The notes below the pieces were generated by a model. The model did not search any database, was not told where the DNA came from, and saw nothing but the letters and a program-made list of their open reading frames with translations. From positions 1 to 39,690 of the forward strand of contig CAYJVO010000004.1 in assembly GCA_964373675.1 (NCBI GenBank): 39,690 nucleotides of DNA, written 5' to 3'. Made by a program: the position numbers and the translations under genes. Positions 1-8,724 of the stretch are shown here, piece after piece (position 1 is the first letter of the stretch; the number at the start of each line of letters is the position of its first letter). This DNA comes from an uncultured Candidatus Saccharibacteria bacterium. GTDB taxonomy: Bacteria; Patescibacteriota; Minisyncoccia; UBA6257; WO2-44-18.

Positions 1-1200
1 TCCAAAACTTTTCCTAGCGAAGAGGAGGCGATTAACGCCAAATATCTTATTAAGGGCGGTTTTGTTCGTAAAATGTCTGCCGGCATTTACGCTTTTTTGC
101 CATTAGGTCTGCGGGTTTTGCGAAAAATAAACAACATTATTCGCGAAGAAATGAACGCCATTGACGCTGAGGAGCTTTTGATGCAGACCTTAGTAGCGAA
201 AGAATATTGGGAAAAATCTAACCGTTGGCATACCCCGGTTGCCTACGAATTTAAATCACCGTTTGGCGAAGAGTATGCTTTGGGCTGGACCCACGAAGAA
301 GTAATTTCTGCTATTGCCAAGCATTTTATAAATTCTTACCAAAACCTTCCATTAGCGGTGTATCAGATTCAAACCAAATTCCGGGCCGAGCCGAGAGCGA
401 AAAACGGTCTTTTGCGCAGTCGGGAGTTTTTAATGAAAGATCTTTACAGTTTTCATGCCGAAAAGGAAAATTTGGACGAATATTATCAAACCGTCATTAA
501 GGCCTATCAAAAAATCCTCAAACGGCTTTCGTTGAAAGCCAAACTTACCGAAGCCGCCGGCGGCGCTTTTACCAAAGAATACACGCACGAGTTCCAAGTG
601 TTTCATCCGACTGGTGAAGACATTGTTTTTTACTGCAATAAATGTGATTACGCGCAGAATAAAGAAATCGCGGTCGTTCAAAAAGGAGTGCAATGCCCGC
701 AGTGCGGCGCTGGCGAGATTCAGGAATCGGCCGGCATTGAAGTGGCTAATGTCTTCAAGCTCGGCACCCGCTACAGCCGGGCGTTTGATTTACGCTATAC
801 TACCCCGGAAGGCAAAAAAGAATTAGTAGTGATGGGATCTTACGGAATTGGCCCATCTCGTATTATGGGAACGTTAGTGGAAGTTTACAATGACGAACGG
901 GGCATCATTTGGCCGCAATCAGTAGCGCCATACCAAGTGCATTTAATAGAGATTAGGAGAAAGGGGATAGAGAATAGAGTTAAGAAAATTTATAAAAATT
1001 TAAAAGAAGCGGAAGTTGAAGTTTTATACGATGATCGGGATGTTTCAGCGGGTGAAAAATTCGCCGACGCCGATCTTTTAGGAATTCCTTGGCGAGCGGT
1101 GGTCAGCGAAAAAACAGGAGAAAAAGTTGAAATTAAACGCCGCGATCAGCAAAAGACTGCCTTAGTCAGCATTCAGGAGTTGCTGAAAAAACTTGGTTAA
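1..1200 (+). CDS. proS: Prolyl-tRNA synthetase (5'-truncated by the window edge; short form without INS editing domain)
   Basis: Frame is open from base 1. Motifs THEEVI, QIQTKFRAEPRAKNGLLRSREFLMKDLYSFH, GIEVANVFKLGTRYS, MGSYGIGPSR and anticodon-binding domain GEKFADADLLGIP. Confidence 0.96.
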   Translation, partial: SKTFPSEEEAINAKYLIKGGFVRKMSAGIYAFLPLGLRVLRKINNIIREEMNAIDAEELLMQTLVAKEYWEKSNRWHTPVAYEFKSPFGEEYALGWTHEEVISAIAKHFINSYQNLPLAVYQIQTKFRAEPRAKNGLLRSREFLMKDLYSFHAEKENLDEYYQTVIKAYQKILKRLSLKAKLTEAAGGAFTKEYTHEFQVFHPTGEDIVFYCNKCDYAQNKEIAVVQKGVQCPQCGAGEIQESAGIEVANVFKLGTRYSRAFDLRYTTPEGKKELVVMGSYGIGPSRIMGTLVEVYNDERGIIWPQSVAPYQVHLIEIRRKGIENRVKKIYKNLKEAEVEVLYDDRDVSAGEKFADADLLGIPWRAVVSEKTGEKVEIKRRDQQKTALVSIQELLKKLG

Positions 1201-1209
1201 GATAAAATA

Positions 1210-1284
1210 ATGCTAACAATGCGAACCTATGCGAATACCGCAAATAAAAATTAGTAGCATTCGCATAAATTCGTAGGTTGGCAT
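1210..1284. repeat. Imperfect inverted repeat built of ~9-nt units (ATGCGAA / TTCGCAT)
   Basis: atgctaacaatgcgaacctatgcgaat ... attcgcataaattcgtaggttggcat between proS and mreB. Confidence 0.7.
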
Positions 1285-1298
1285 TATGTGCGTTAGCT

Positions 1299-2348
1299 AT
1301 GAAACTTCCTTTTGGATTTTTTTCTAAAAATGTGGGCATTGATTTAGGGACAGCCAATTCCCTTATTTACCTTGAGGGACGGGGGATTGTAGTAAATGAG
1401 CCGTCCATTGCCGCTGTTAATACCAAGACCGGACAAGTCTTAGCCATTGGCGATGACGCTCGCAAGATGATTGGTCGTACGCCGGCACATATCAGCGTAA
1501 TCCGCCCGCTAACTAATGGGGTAATTTCTGATTTTGAAATGACCCAGGAACTCTTGCGTCATTTTTTAAAAAAAGTTGTTGATTCCAAAACCTTCGTGAA
1601 TTTTCAAAAGGCAGTAGTCGGCGTGCCGAGCAATCTGACCGAGGTAGAGCGTAAGTCGGTTGAGGATGCGATCGTCGGCGCCGGCGTCTCCAAAGCGTAT
1701 GTAGTTGAAGAGCCGATTGCGGCTGCCCTTGGCGCGCGTCTGCCGATTGACGAGCCGAAAGCTAATATGATCATTGATATTGGCGGCGGCACTTCGGAAA
1801 TCGCCGTCATCTCCCTGGGCGGCATTGTTACCGCCAAAAGCTTAAAAGTTGCCGGCGATAAGCTGAATGAAGATATTATGCGATTCGTGCGCGACGAATT
1901 TAAACTGGCAATTGGAGAACCGACCGCAGAAGAACTTAAGGTGAGCATCGGTTCAGCCGTCCCGCAGGACCAGAAATTGGAAATGGTTATCCGCGGCCGG
2001 GATTTGGCTACCGGACTTCCTAAAGAAGTTTTAGTGAGAGACACTCATGTTCGGGCGGCGATTAGCAAATCGTTGAGAGTCATTGTGGACGCAATTCGGG
2101 AGGTTCTGGAAATTACTCCGCCTGAACTTGCTGGCGATATCTTGAAATCCGGCATTCATCTTTGTGGCGGCGGTGGTATCTTGCGGGATATTGATAAGTT
2201 AATTAGCAAAGAATTGGGTGTGGCTATAACTTTAGTTGATGATCCGTTGACTTGCGTGGCGCGAGGCGCCGGAGTTTTGCTGGAAAACTTGGACAAATAC
2301 GGAGAAATTTTTAATAATCCTCACAGCCCAAAAGACATTAAATTATAA
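1299..2348 (+). CDS. mreB: Rod shape-determining protein MreB
   Basis: GIDLGTANS, EEPIAAALGA, IIDIGGGTSEIAVISLGG, DDPLTCVARG. ATG 1299 preferred over TTG 1278. Confidence 0.97.
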   Translation: MKLPFGFFSKNVGIDLGTANSLIYLEGRGIVVNEPSIAAVNTKTGQVLAIGDDARKMIGRTPAHISVIRPLTNGVISDFEMTQELLRHFLKKVVDSKTFVNFQKAVVGVPSNLTEVERKSVEDAIVGAGVSKAYVVEEPIAAALGARLPIDEPKANMIIDIGGGTSEIAVISLGGIVTAKSLKVAGDKLNEDIMRFVRDEFKLAIGEPTAEELKVSIGSAVPQDQKLEMVIRGRDLATGLPKEVLVRDTHVRAAISKSLRVIVDAIREVLEITPPELAGDILKSGIHLCGGGGILRDIDKLISKELGVAITLVDDPLTCVARGAGVLLENLDKYGEIFNNPHSPKDIKL

Positions 2349-2351
2349 AAC

Positions 2352-2990
2352 ATGTTATGGCGAGCTGTTATTATAGTTATTTTGACTGGCGCTGTTTTGT
2401 TTAGCGGTTCCGGCATCCCGAAAGTCTATTTGTTCCGTTCTTCAATTAAGCAAGAATTGGTTGAACTGAGAGCGGAAAACGAAGCTTTGCGGGCGGAAAT
2501 CGCCGAGCGTCAGCGATCAGCAAAACCGCTGAGAGTAAAAATTTATTCCACTTTTCCATTTAATAATCGGCACGAAATTTCCGTAGCGGCCGGTAGCCAG
2601 CAGGGCGTAAAGCCGGGAATGCCGGTGGCAGTAGCCGGCGAAGTTTTATTGGGCCAGGTAAAAGAGGTTTTTGAAAATCGCAGCGTGGTTCGCACCTTGT
2701 TTGACGGCGATTGGAAGTCAGCTATTCGGATCGGCGACGGACGGCTGGAGGCTTTATTAGTCGGCGGTCATGAGCCTCGCCTCTCTATGTTGGACAAAAA
2801 GTTTTTCGTCCAAGAAGGCGACAAGATCTACGCCGCCGGCCAAGGGTTTCCTTACGGGCTTTTTATCGGCGCAGTCAAAGATTTAAGCGAAAATCAGGCG
2901 GGTGTTTGGCGCGATGCCGCAGTGAATCTGCCTTACAATTTCAATGACCTGCGGGAGGCAATAATTTTGACCGACTATGTTCAAAAATGA
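2352..2990 (+). CDS. mreC: Rod shape-determining protein MreC
   Basis: N-terminal TM segment, coiled coil (ELRAENEALR), GVKPGMPV and FPYGLFIG beta domain; follows mreB. Confidence 0.88.
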   Translation: MLWRAVIIVILTGAVLFSGSGIPKVYLFRSSIKQELVELRAENEALRAEIAERQRSAKPLRVKIYSTFPFNNRHEISVAAGSQQGVKPGMPVAVAGEVLLGQVKEVFENRSVVRTLFDGDWKSAIRIGDGRLEALLVGGHEPRLSMLDKKFFVQEGDKIYAAGQGFPYGLFIGAVKDLSENQAGVWRDAAVNLPYNFNDLREAIILTDYVQK

Positions 2991-3435
2991 ACCGATTGGT
3001 TTTTCTAAGGTTGCGATTTTGGCAGTTTTGGTTTTCGCTTTTGCTATTTTGCAGACCAGCGGATTTGTTGTCTTTGGTATAAAGCCGAATTTGGTTTTGG
3101 CCGCTTTAGTCGCTTTTGCTTTTATAGCGGCCGACCTGGTTTCATTTACTATACTGATTTTGGCCGCGGTGATCGGCTTGCGCTGGCTGACTGGTTGGGA
3201 TTCCGCCATTTTGGTTTTATCAGTAGTTTCTTTCGCAGTTTGGTTATTTGTTCATCTTTTTCCAGGAAAAGAAATTTTAAATTTGGCGATAGCCGTTGCG
3301 GCCGCAACCGTTATTTTTTATCTGATTTTAGACCCCTTTTTTATTTTGCAGGAAACCGCAGGTTTGGCAGCGGAGCTGGTTTATAATTTAATTGTCTCTT
3401 GGGCACTATTGTGTTTATTTTATAAAAATTCATGA
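2977..3435 (+). CDS. mreD: MreD-like membrane protein
   Basis: Hydrophobic 152 aa with GIKPNLVL motif, between mreC and the PBP2 gene. Confidence 0.72.
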   Translation: MFKNEPIGFSKVAILAVLVFAFAILQTSGFVVFGIKPNLVLAALVAFAFIAADLVSFTILILAAVIGLRWLTGWDSAILVLSVVSFAVWLFVHLFPGKEILNLAIAVAAATVIFYLILDPFFILQETAGLAAELVYNLIVSWALLCLFYKNS

Positions 3436-5303
3436 GTCATCGCAGTAAAGAAGAGCTAGATTTAGAAGACGCGATTTTTGACAGTTTTGCCAAAGACCAC
3501 GACCATTTGGAGGTGCCGCTTCCCCGCCAGGCGTTTTTTTTAATTACTGGTTTGGTCATTGCCGTCGCCCTAACCGCTTTGGCGCAGATTGTTTTTTTGT
3601 CGGCTATCCGCGGCGGCTGGTACGCTGATCGCGCCAGCGCCAATGTTAACGAGGAAGTAATCGTTCCGGCTTACCGCGGCATCATCAGCGACCGATTTGG
3701 CGAACCGCTGGTAAAAAACACGCCATCCTTCAGCGTGTTTTTAAATCTCGCCGATTTATTAAAGAAAGGGGAGGCCAACGATCTGGCGTCAACTTTGGAA
3801 GAGCTGGCCGATATTTTAGATTTAGACCCGAATGAATTAAAAGAGAGGGTCCGGAATTTTGATTTGGAGAAAAGCAATATCTTGATTATTGCCCGCGGCG
3901 CCGACCCTAATGACATAATTAAATTGCGCAGTTTGGATTTAGAAGGAGTGTCTGTGAAAGAAGATTTTGTTCGGGAATACCCTTCGGGTCCGGTTTTTGC
4001 CCATGTGCTGGGTTATTCCGGTCCGGTCAAAGCGGGACTGGAGCTTGTCTATGACCATCAGCTTAATGGCCGGGATGGTCTGAACATCGTTTTTGAAGAT
4101 GCCCGCAGCAATTTTATTGATAAAAAAATCGTCAGCGTGCCAGAACCCGGCGCGGAATTGCGGACGACTTTAGATGCCGGTTTGCAAAGGTACTTTTATC
4201 AACGGTTTTCTGCTGGCCTGAGGGCTTTGGGGCGAGATTCTGGCGTGGGAATAGCTATTAACCCTCAAAATGGGGAGGTGCTGGCTTTAGTAAGTTTTCC
4301 CAGTTTTGATAACAACCTTTTCGCCGTGAATCGGTTTCGGGAAGAAAAGGCCAGGATTTTAACTTCTTCTTCCAAACCGCTTTTTAATCGGGCGATTTCC
4401 GGTCTTTATACCCCGGGTTCTGTTATTAAGCCGCTAGTCGCCTTAGCCGCCCTTCGGGAAAAAATCGTTACATCGAACATTTCGGTATTTTCCAAGGGTT
4501 TTATTGAGGTACCCAATCCTTATAATCCCGACCAGCCGAGCCGTTTTGTTGACTGGAAACCTCATGGCTGGGTTGATTTGCATTCGGCCTTGGCGCGCTC
4601 CAGTAATATTTATTTTTATGCGATTGGCGGTGGTTTACCGCGCAGTGAATATGAGCTTCTCAGTGGTCAGGATAATTTGACCGGATTGGGAATTAAAAAG
4701 CTCCGAAAGTATTGGGAAAATTTTTTGCTGGGTCAAAAAACCGGCATTGATTTGCCGGCAGAGAATTCCGGCTTCCTTCCCGATCCGGAAGAAAAAGAAA
4801 AGCGCACCGGTCAGATTTGGAGAGTGGGAGACACCTACAATGTCAGCATCGGGCAAGGGGATTTGTTGGTAACACCTCTTCAATTACTGAACTTTATAAG
4901 CTCTGTTGCTAATGGAGGAAAAATTTATAGACCCCATTTAGTATCCAATAACTCAATAACTCAATTACCCAACAGCTTGCTGCTTGATTATTCTGATTGG
5001 CTAACAGAATTACGGGAAGTTCAAAAAGGTTTGCAAGACGCTGTTGCCCAATGGTACGGCACCGCCAACCTTTTAAGCGCGCTGCCGATCAAGGCGGCTG
5101 GCAAAACCGGCAGCGCCCAAATTCAAAACAATGCTAAGATTAATGCCTTTTTTGTCGGTTACGAACCGGCGGAAAATCCAGAGATTGCCATTTTGGTGCT
5201 GGTAGAAAACGCCCGCGAAGGCAGCTTGAACGCCGTACCAATCGCTAAAGACGTTTTGGAGTGGTATTATTACAACAGACTCGAGCAGCAAATTTCTAAT
5301 TAA
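3432..5303 (+). CDS. mrdA: Penicillin-binding protein 2 (class B transpeptidase)
   Basis: RGIISDRFG, YTPGSVIK (SxxK), SSN (SxN) and KTG motifs; mreBCD context. Confidence 0.93.
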   Translation: MSHRSKEELDLEDAIFDSFAKDHDHLEVPLPRQAFFLITGLVIAVALTALAQIVFLSAIRGGWYADRASANVNEEVIVPAYRGIISDRFGEPLVKNTPSFSVFLNLADLLKKGEANDLASTLEELADILDLDPNELKERVRNFDLEKSNILIIARGADPNDIIKLRSLDLEGVSVKEDFVREYPSGPVFAHVLGYSGPVKAGLELVYDHQLNGRDGLNIVFEDARSNFIDKKIVSVPEPGAELRTTLDAGLQRYFYQRFSAGLRALGRDSGVGIAINPQNGEVLALVSFPSFDNNLFAVNRFREEKARILTSSSKPLFNRAISGLYTPGSVIKPLVALAALREKIVTSNISVFSKGFIEVPNPYNPDQPSRFVDWKPHGWVDLHSALARSSNIYFYAIGGGLPRSEYELLSGQDNLTGLGIKKLRKYWENFLLGQKTGIDLPAENSGFLPDPEEKEKRTGQIWRVGDTYNVSIGQGDLLVTPLQLLNFISSVANGGKIYRPHLVSNNSITQLPNSLLLDYSDWLTELREVQKGLQDAVAQWYGTANLLSALPIKAAGKTGSAQIQNNAKINAFFVGYEPAENPEIAILVLVENAREGSLNAVPIAKDVLEWYYYNRLEQQISN

Positions 5304-5373
5304 CCTAATTGACCTAATTTCTAAATTGGGATTCGGTTATTTTTTAGGTCAATTAAAAATTAGAGTAATTAGA
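5291..5373. repeat. AT-rich inverted-repeat element, copy 1 (second copy at 28634-28756)
   Basis: Left arm aatttctaattaacctaattgacctaatttctaaa; right arm tttaggtcaattaaaaattagagtaattaga. Supplies the mrdA stop codon. Confidence 0.85.
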
Positions 5374-5387
5374 CCACTTTTATTTAT

Positions 5388-6374
5388 ATGAACTCTGAAC
5401 TTAGGCAGGACCTTGTTTCCGGTGACTGGATTATTATTGCTCCCGGTAGAGTCGGTCGTCCCCACGACATCATTCACAAACTGGCTAAAAGAAAGCGGGC
5501 GCCGAAACGCGGTTGTCCTTTTGAAAATCCGCAGGCCTTTGGCAATCCGGAACCGTTTTTGTCATACCCCAGCCGTCAAAAGTGGCAGCTGCAGGTTTTG
5601 GAAAATAAGTTCCCGGCTGTAAGACATCAGAATCTGTGCGGAATTCTAGCCAAGCATGGCCCGTATTCGGTTTTTCCGCCCATCGGACATCACGATGTGG
5701 TGGTTACCAGAGACCACGACAAAAACTTTACTCGTCTTTCCAATGAAGACGCCAATCTGGTATTTCAGGCCTTCCGCGACCGCTATCTGATGCTCTATAA
5801 CGATCAATGTTTGAGCTACGTCTCTATTTTTCATAACTGGGGGCCGTTGGCCGGCGCCTCCATTTATCACCCTCATTATCAGATTATTGCTTTGCCGGTT
5901 ATTCCGCCGGATGTTCAGCATTCCTTTAACGGCTCTGGCCGTTATTTTAAAGAACATAAAGAGTGCGTGCATTGCGCAATGATTGCTTGGGAGATTAAAG
6001 AGAAAAAGCGGATTATTTTTGAAAATAATGAGGCGATTGCCTTTGCGCCTTTTGTTTCGCGCAACCCTTTTGAGGTGCGGATTTTTCCCAAGCGGCATTT
6101 GGCTTTTTTTGAAAATGCTTATGATCAAGTCATTGAGTCGGTTGTTCAAGCGCTTCAAAAAGTTTTAAGGTTTTTGGAAAAAAGATTGAAAGACCCGGAC
6201 TACAATTTTTTCATCCACACCGCGCCGCTTAAAAATAAAAACGATTTTCAGCATTATCATTGGCACATAGAAATTCTTCCTAAGATTTCCACGCGAGCCG
6301 GTTTTGAATTGGGAACCGGAGTTGAAATTAACGCGGTTGATCCGGATGAAGCAGCCAAGCTACTTAAGATTTAG
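5388..6374 (+). CDS. galT: Galactose-1-phosphate uridylyltransferase family protein (HIT superfamily)
   Basis: SELRQD..W.IIAPGR..RP, CPF, ENKFPAV, NWGPLAGASIYHPHYQ (HxHxQ), AGFELGTG. Confidence 0.9.
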   Translation: MNSELRQDLVSGDWIIIAPGRVGRPHDIIHKLAKRKRAPKRGCPFENPQAFGNPEPFLSYPSRQKWQLQVLENKFPAVRHQNLCGILAKHGPYSVFPPIGHHDVVVTRDHDKNFTRLSNEDANLVFQAFRDRYLMLYNDQCLSYVSIFHNWGPLAGASIYHPHYQIIALPVIPPDVQHSFNGSGRYFKEHKECVHCAMIAWEIKEKKRIIFENNEAIAFAPFVSRNPFEVRIFPKRHLAFFENAYDQVIESVVQALQKVLRFLEKRLKDPDYNFFIHTAPLKNKNDFQHYHWHIEILPKISTRAGFELGTGVEINAVDPDEAAKLLKI

Positions 6375-6379
6375 AGTCT

Positions 6380-6997
6380 ATGCTGGGATTTTTAGATTTT
6401 TTTCTTCATTTTGACCAAAAACTCGGACCGATTATTCAAACTTACGGCATTGGGACTTATGGTTTGCTGTTTTTAATTATTTTTTTGGAAACCGGTTTGG
6501 TGATTACGCCGTTTTTGCCGGGAGATTCTTTACTTTTTGCGGCCGGCATTTTTGCGGCCAAAGGATTTTTGAATCCGATTTGGCTTTTTTTGCTGCTTTC
6601 CGCGGCGGCGATCATTGGTGACACGGTGAATTATTGGATTGGTTATCGGATCGGCAAAAAGGTTTTTGAACGCGATCGGCCCTTAATTAATGAAGAATAT
6701 TTAAAAAGAACTGAAAATTTTTACCAAAAGCATGGTAAAAAGACGATCATCCTGGCGCGTTTTATGCCGATTGTCCGCACCTTTGCGCCTTTTGTTGCTG
6801 GTGTCGGCCGGATGCCTTATGCCGAGTTCTTAACCTACAATGTGATTGGCGGGATTGTTTGGATTGGCCTTTTCGTCTTTGGCGGCTATTTTTTCGGCAA
6901 CGCGCCGCTGGTGCGAGATAACTTCTCGCTAGTGGTCATAGCGATTATCGTTATTTCGCTTATTCCGGCAGTAGTTGAATTCTGGAAGCACCGCTGA
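6380..6997 (+). CDS. dedA: DedA family membrane protein
   Basis: FLETGLVITPFLPGDSLLFAAG, GDTVNYWIG, LARFMPIVRTFAPFVAG. Confidence 0.95.
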   Translation: MLGFLDFFLHFDQKLGPIIQTYGIGTYGLLFLIIFLETGLVITPFLPGDSLLFAAGIFAAKGFLNPIWLFLLLSAAAIIGDTVNYWIGYRIGKKVFERDRPLINEEYLKRTENFYQKHGKKTIILARFMPIVRTFAPFVAGVGRMPYAEFLTYNVIGGIVWIGLFVFGGYFFGNAPLVRDNFSLVVIAIIVISLIPAVVEFWKHR

Positions 6998-7034
6998 TAA
7001 ACTTTAAGCAGCCCGTTAAAAGATTGGCTAGCCG

Positions 7035-7553
7035 ATGCCTTTTCGTGTTTTTGCCGGACCGCCGATAAACAGCTTGGTTTATGTTGATGAGGAATCTATA
7101 GAGACAGTGGAACAGATGTTGAAAGAGCAGATAGTTTCGTATAAGAAAGAAGAGACCGAAGCGATTTTTTTAGATGCCGGCGGAGCCGTTTATTTAAAAG
7201 AACCATTAGTTGATTTTGAAGCTAACGGTACTAAATTTACAGCTTACGCCCGGCATTTGCCCATATTTTTAGAAGTTTTGTCAAACGCCGCCAGTTCCCA
7301 GCGGTTTCCCGGCCGCATTTTGCTTGCCGGACGAATCTTTAATTATATCCTAGCCGTTAAAACCCGAGATGAAATGCTCCCGTTAATGCAAAAATTAATC
7401 CAAGATTACGCTGGCCAAATTGACGAAGCGGAAAGAAAAATTGAGGCGGTTTTTTCCGGCCATCCCAATCTGGCGCGGAAGGCGACCTGCGTATTTTGCG
7501 GCTCTAATAAACCCTATAGTCAGTGCTGCGGCAGTAAAAGAATAACTAACTAG
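7035..7553 (+). CDS. Hypothetical protein with C-terminal SEC-C zinc motif
   Basis: C-terminal CVFCGSNKPYSQCCG; remainder not recognised. Confidence 0.7.
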   Translation: MPFRVFAGPPINSLVYVDEESIETVEQMLKEQIVSYKKEETEAIFLDAGGAVYLKEPLVDFEANGTKFTAYARHLPIFLEVLSNAASSQRFPGRILLAGRIFNYILAVKTRDEMLPLMQKLIQDYAGQIDEAERKIEAVFSGHPNLARKATCVFCGSNKPYSQCCGSKRITN

Positions 7554-7582
7554 AAGAACCTATATCTCAATAATAGCTTCCA

Positions 7583-7609
7583 AAACAGGCCAAAAACGCC
7601 TGTTTTTTT
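7583..7609 (+). terminator. Intrinsic terminator
   Basis: aaacaggc-caaaaac-gcctgttt followed by T run. Confidence 0.65.
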
Positions 7610-7644
7610 GCTGTTAATGCCAAAATATGATAAAGTGGTCTTTA

Positions 7645-8643
7645 ATGGCAAAATCTTTAAGCGTAATCAAAAAATCCGCTTTAGCGGCTATTAAAAAAGC
7701 AAAAGATGTTAAAACGCTGGAGGCAGTCAAAATTAAATATTTTGGCCGGCAAGACGGCGAGTTGACCAAAGTTTTGCATTCTTTAGCTACAATGCCCGAT
7801 GTTCAAAAAAGAAAAATCGGCCCCGAAGCCAACGCTTTGCGCCAAGAACTGGAACGACGGTTTGAGGAAAAATTACAACAGCTCTCATCTCTTGCCTCTC
7901 CTCTCTCATCTCTTGATATAACCATGCCCGGCAAAAAAGTGCCGGTAGGGCATCTCCACCCGCTGACGTTGATGGAAAACAAAATCCGGGAGATTTTCCG
8001 GAGTCTCAATTTTTCCGTTGTTGAAGGGCCGGAAGCAGAAACGGAGCATTATAATTTTGACGCCTTAAATATTCCGGCCAATCATCCGGCGCGGGATCTG
8101 TGGGATACTTTCTGGCTGGCAAGCAGCCAGAAAATTCCAGATTCTGGCAGGTTATTGCTCAGAACTCATACCAGTCCAATGCAGATCCGTTATATGGAAA
8201 AACATAATCCGCCGTTTCAGATTATCGTGCCAGGCCGGGTTTTCCGTTACGAGGCCACTGATGCCTCCCATGAAATCAATTTCCATCAAGTTGAAGGTTT
8301 GATGGTCGGCAAGGAAGTTAATTTGGCACATTTTAAATATGTCATCACCGGATTTTTCAAACGATTGTTTGGCCTCCATGCGGAAGTGAGGTTTAGGCCG
8401 AGTTATTTCCCATTTGTTGAACCGGGATTGGAGGTTGATGTTAAGCTGGGCGACCGCTGGCTGGAAGTGATGGGTGCCGGAATGGTGCACCCGAAAGTTT
8501 TTGAAGCAGTTAAATATAATCCAAAGGAGATTCAGGGGTTTGCATTTGGATTGGGATTGGAGCGTTTGGCGATGATCAAATATAAGATTCCCGATATTCG
8601 GATGTTTTATGACGGAGATCTGAAGTTTATTAATCAATTTTAA
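7645..8643 (+). CDS. pheS: Phenylalanyl-tRNA synthetase alpha subunit
   Basis: GHLHPL, NFDALNIPANHPARD, LLRTHTSPMQ, FRPSYFPFVEP, GFAFGLGLERLAM. Alternative start 7627. Confidence 0.97.
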   Translation: MAKSLSVIKKSALAAIKKAKDVKTLEAVKIKYFGRQDGELTKVLHSLATMPDVQKRKIGPEANALRQELERRFEEKLQQLSSLASPLSSLDITMPGKKVPVGHLHPLTLMENKIREIFRSLNFSVVEGPEAETEHYNFDALNIPANHPARDLWDTFWLASSQKIPDSGRLLLRTHTSPMQIRYMEKHNPPFQIIVPGRVFRYEATDASHEINFHQVEGLMVGKEVNLAHFKYVITGFFKRLFGLHAEVRFRPSYFPFVEPGLEVDVKLGDRWLEVMGAGMVHPKVFEAVKYNPKEIQGFAFGLGLERLAMIKYKIPDIRMFYDGDLKFINQF

Positions 8644-8647
8644 CCAT

Positions 8648-8717
8648 GCTACGAAATGCTAAAAAATACCAATATACGAAAATTTCGTAAATTCGTAAAA
8701 ATTTCGTATTTCGTAGC
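8648..8717. repeat. Imperfect inverted repeat of TACGAAA/TTTCGTA units
   Basis: gctacgaaat ... atttcgtaaattcgtaaaaatttcgtatttcgtagc in the pheS-pheT spacer. Confidence 0.75.
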
Positions 8718-8724
8718 CACTTAG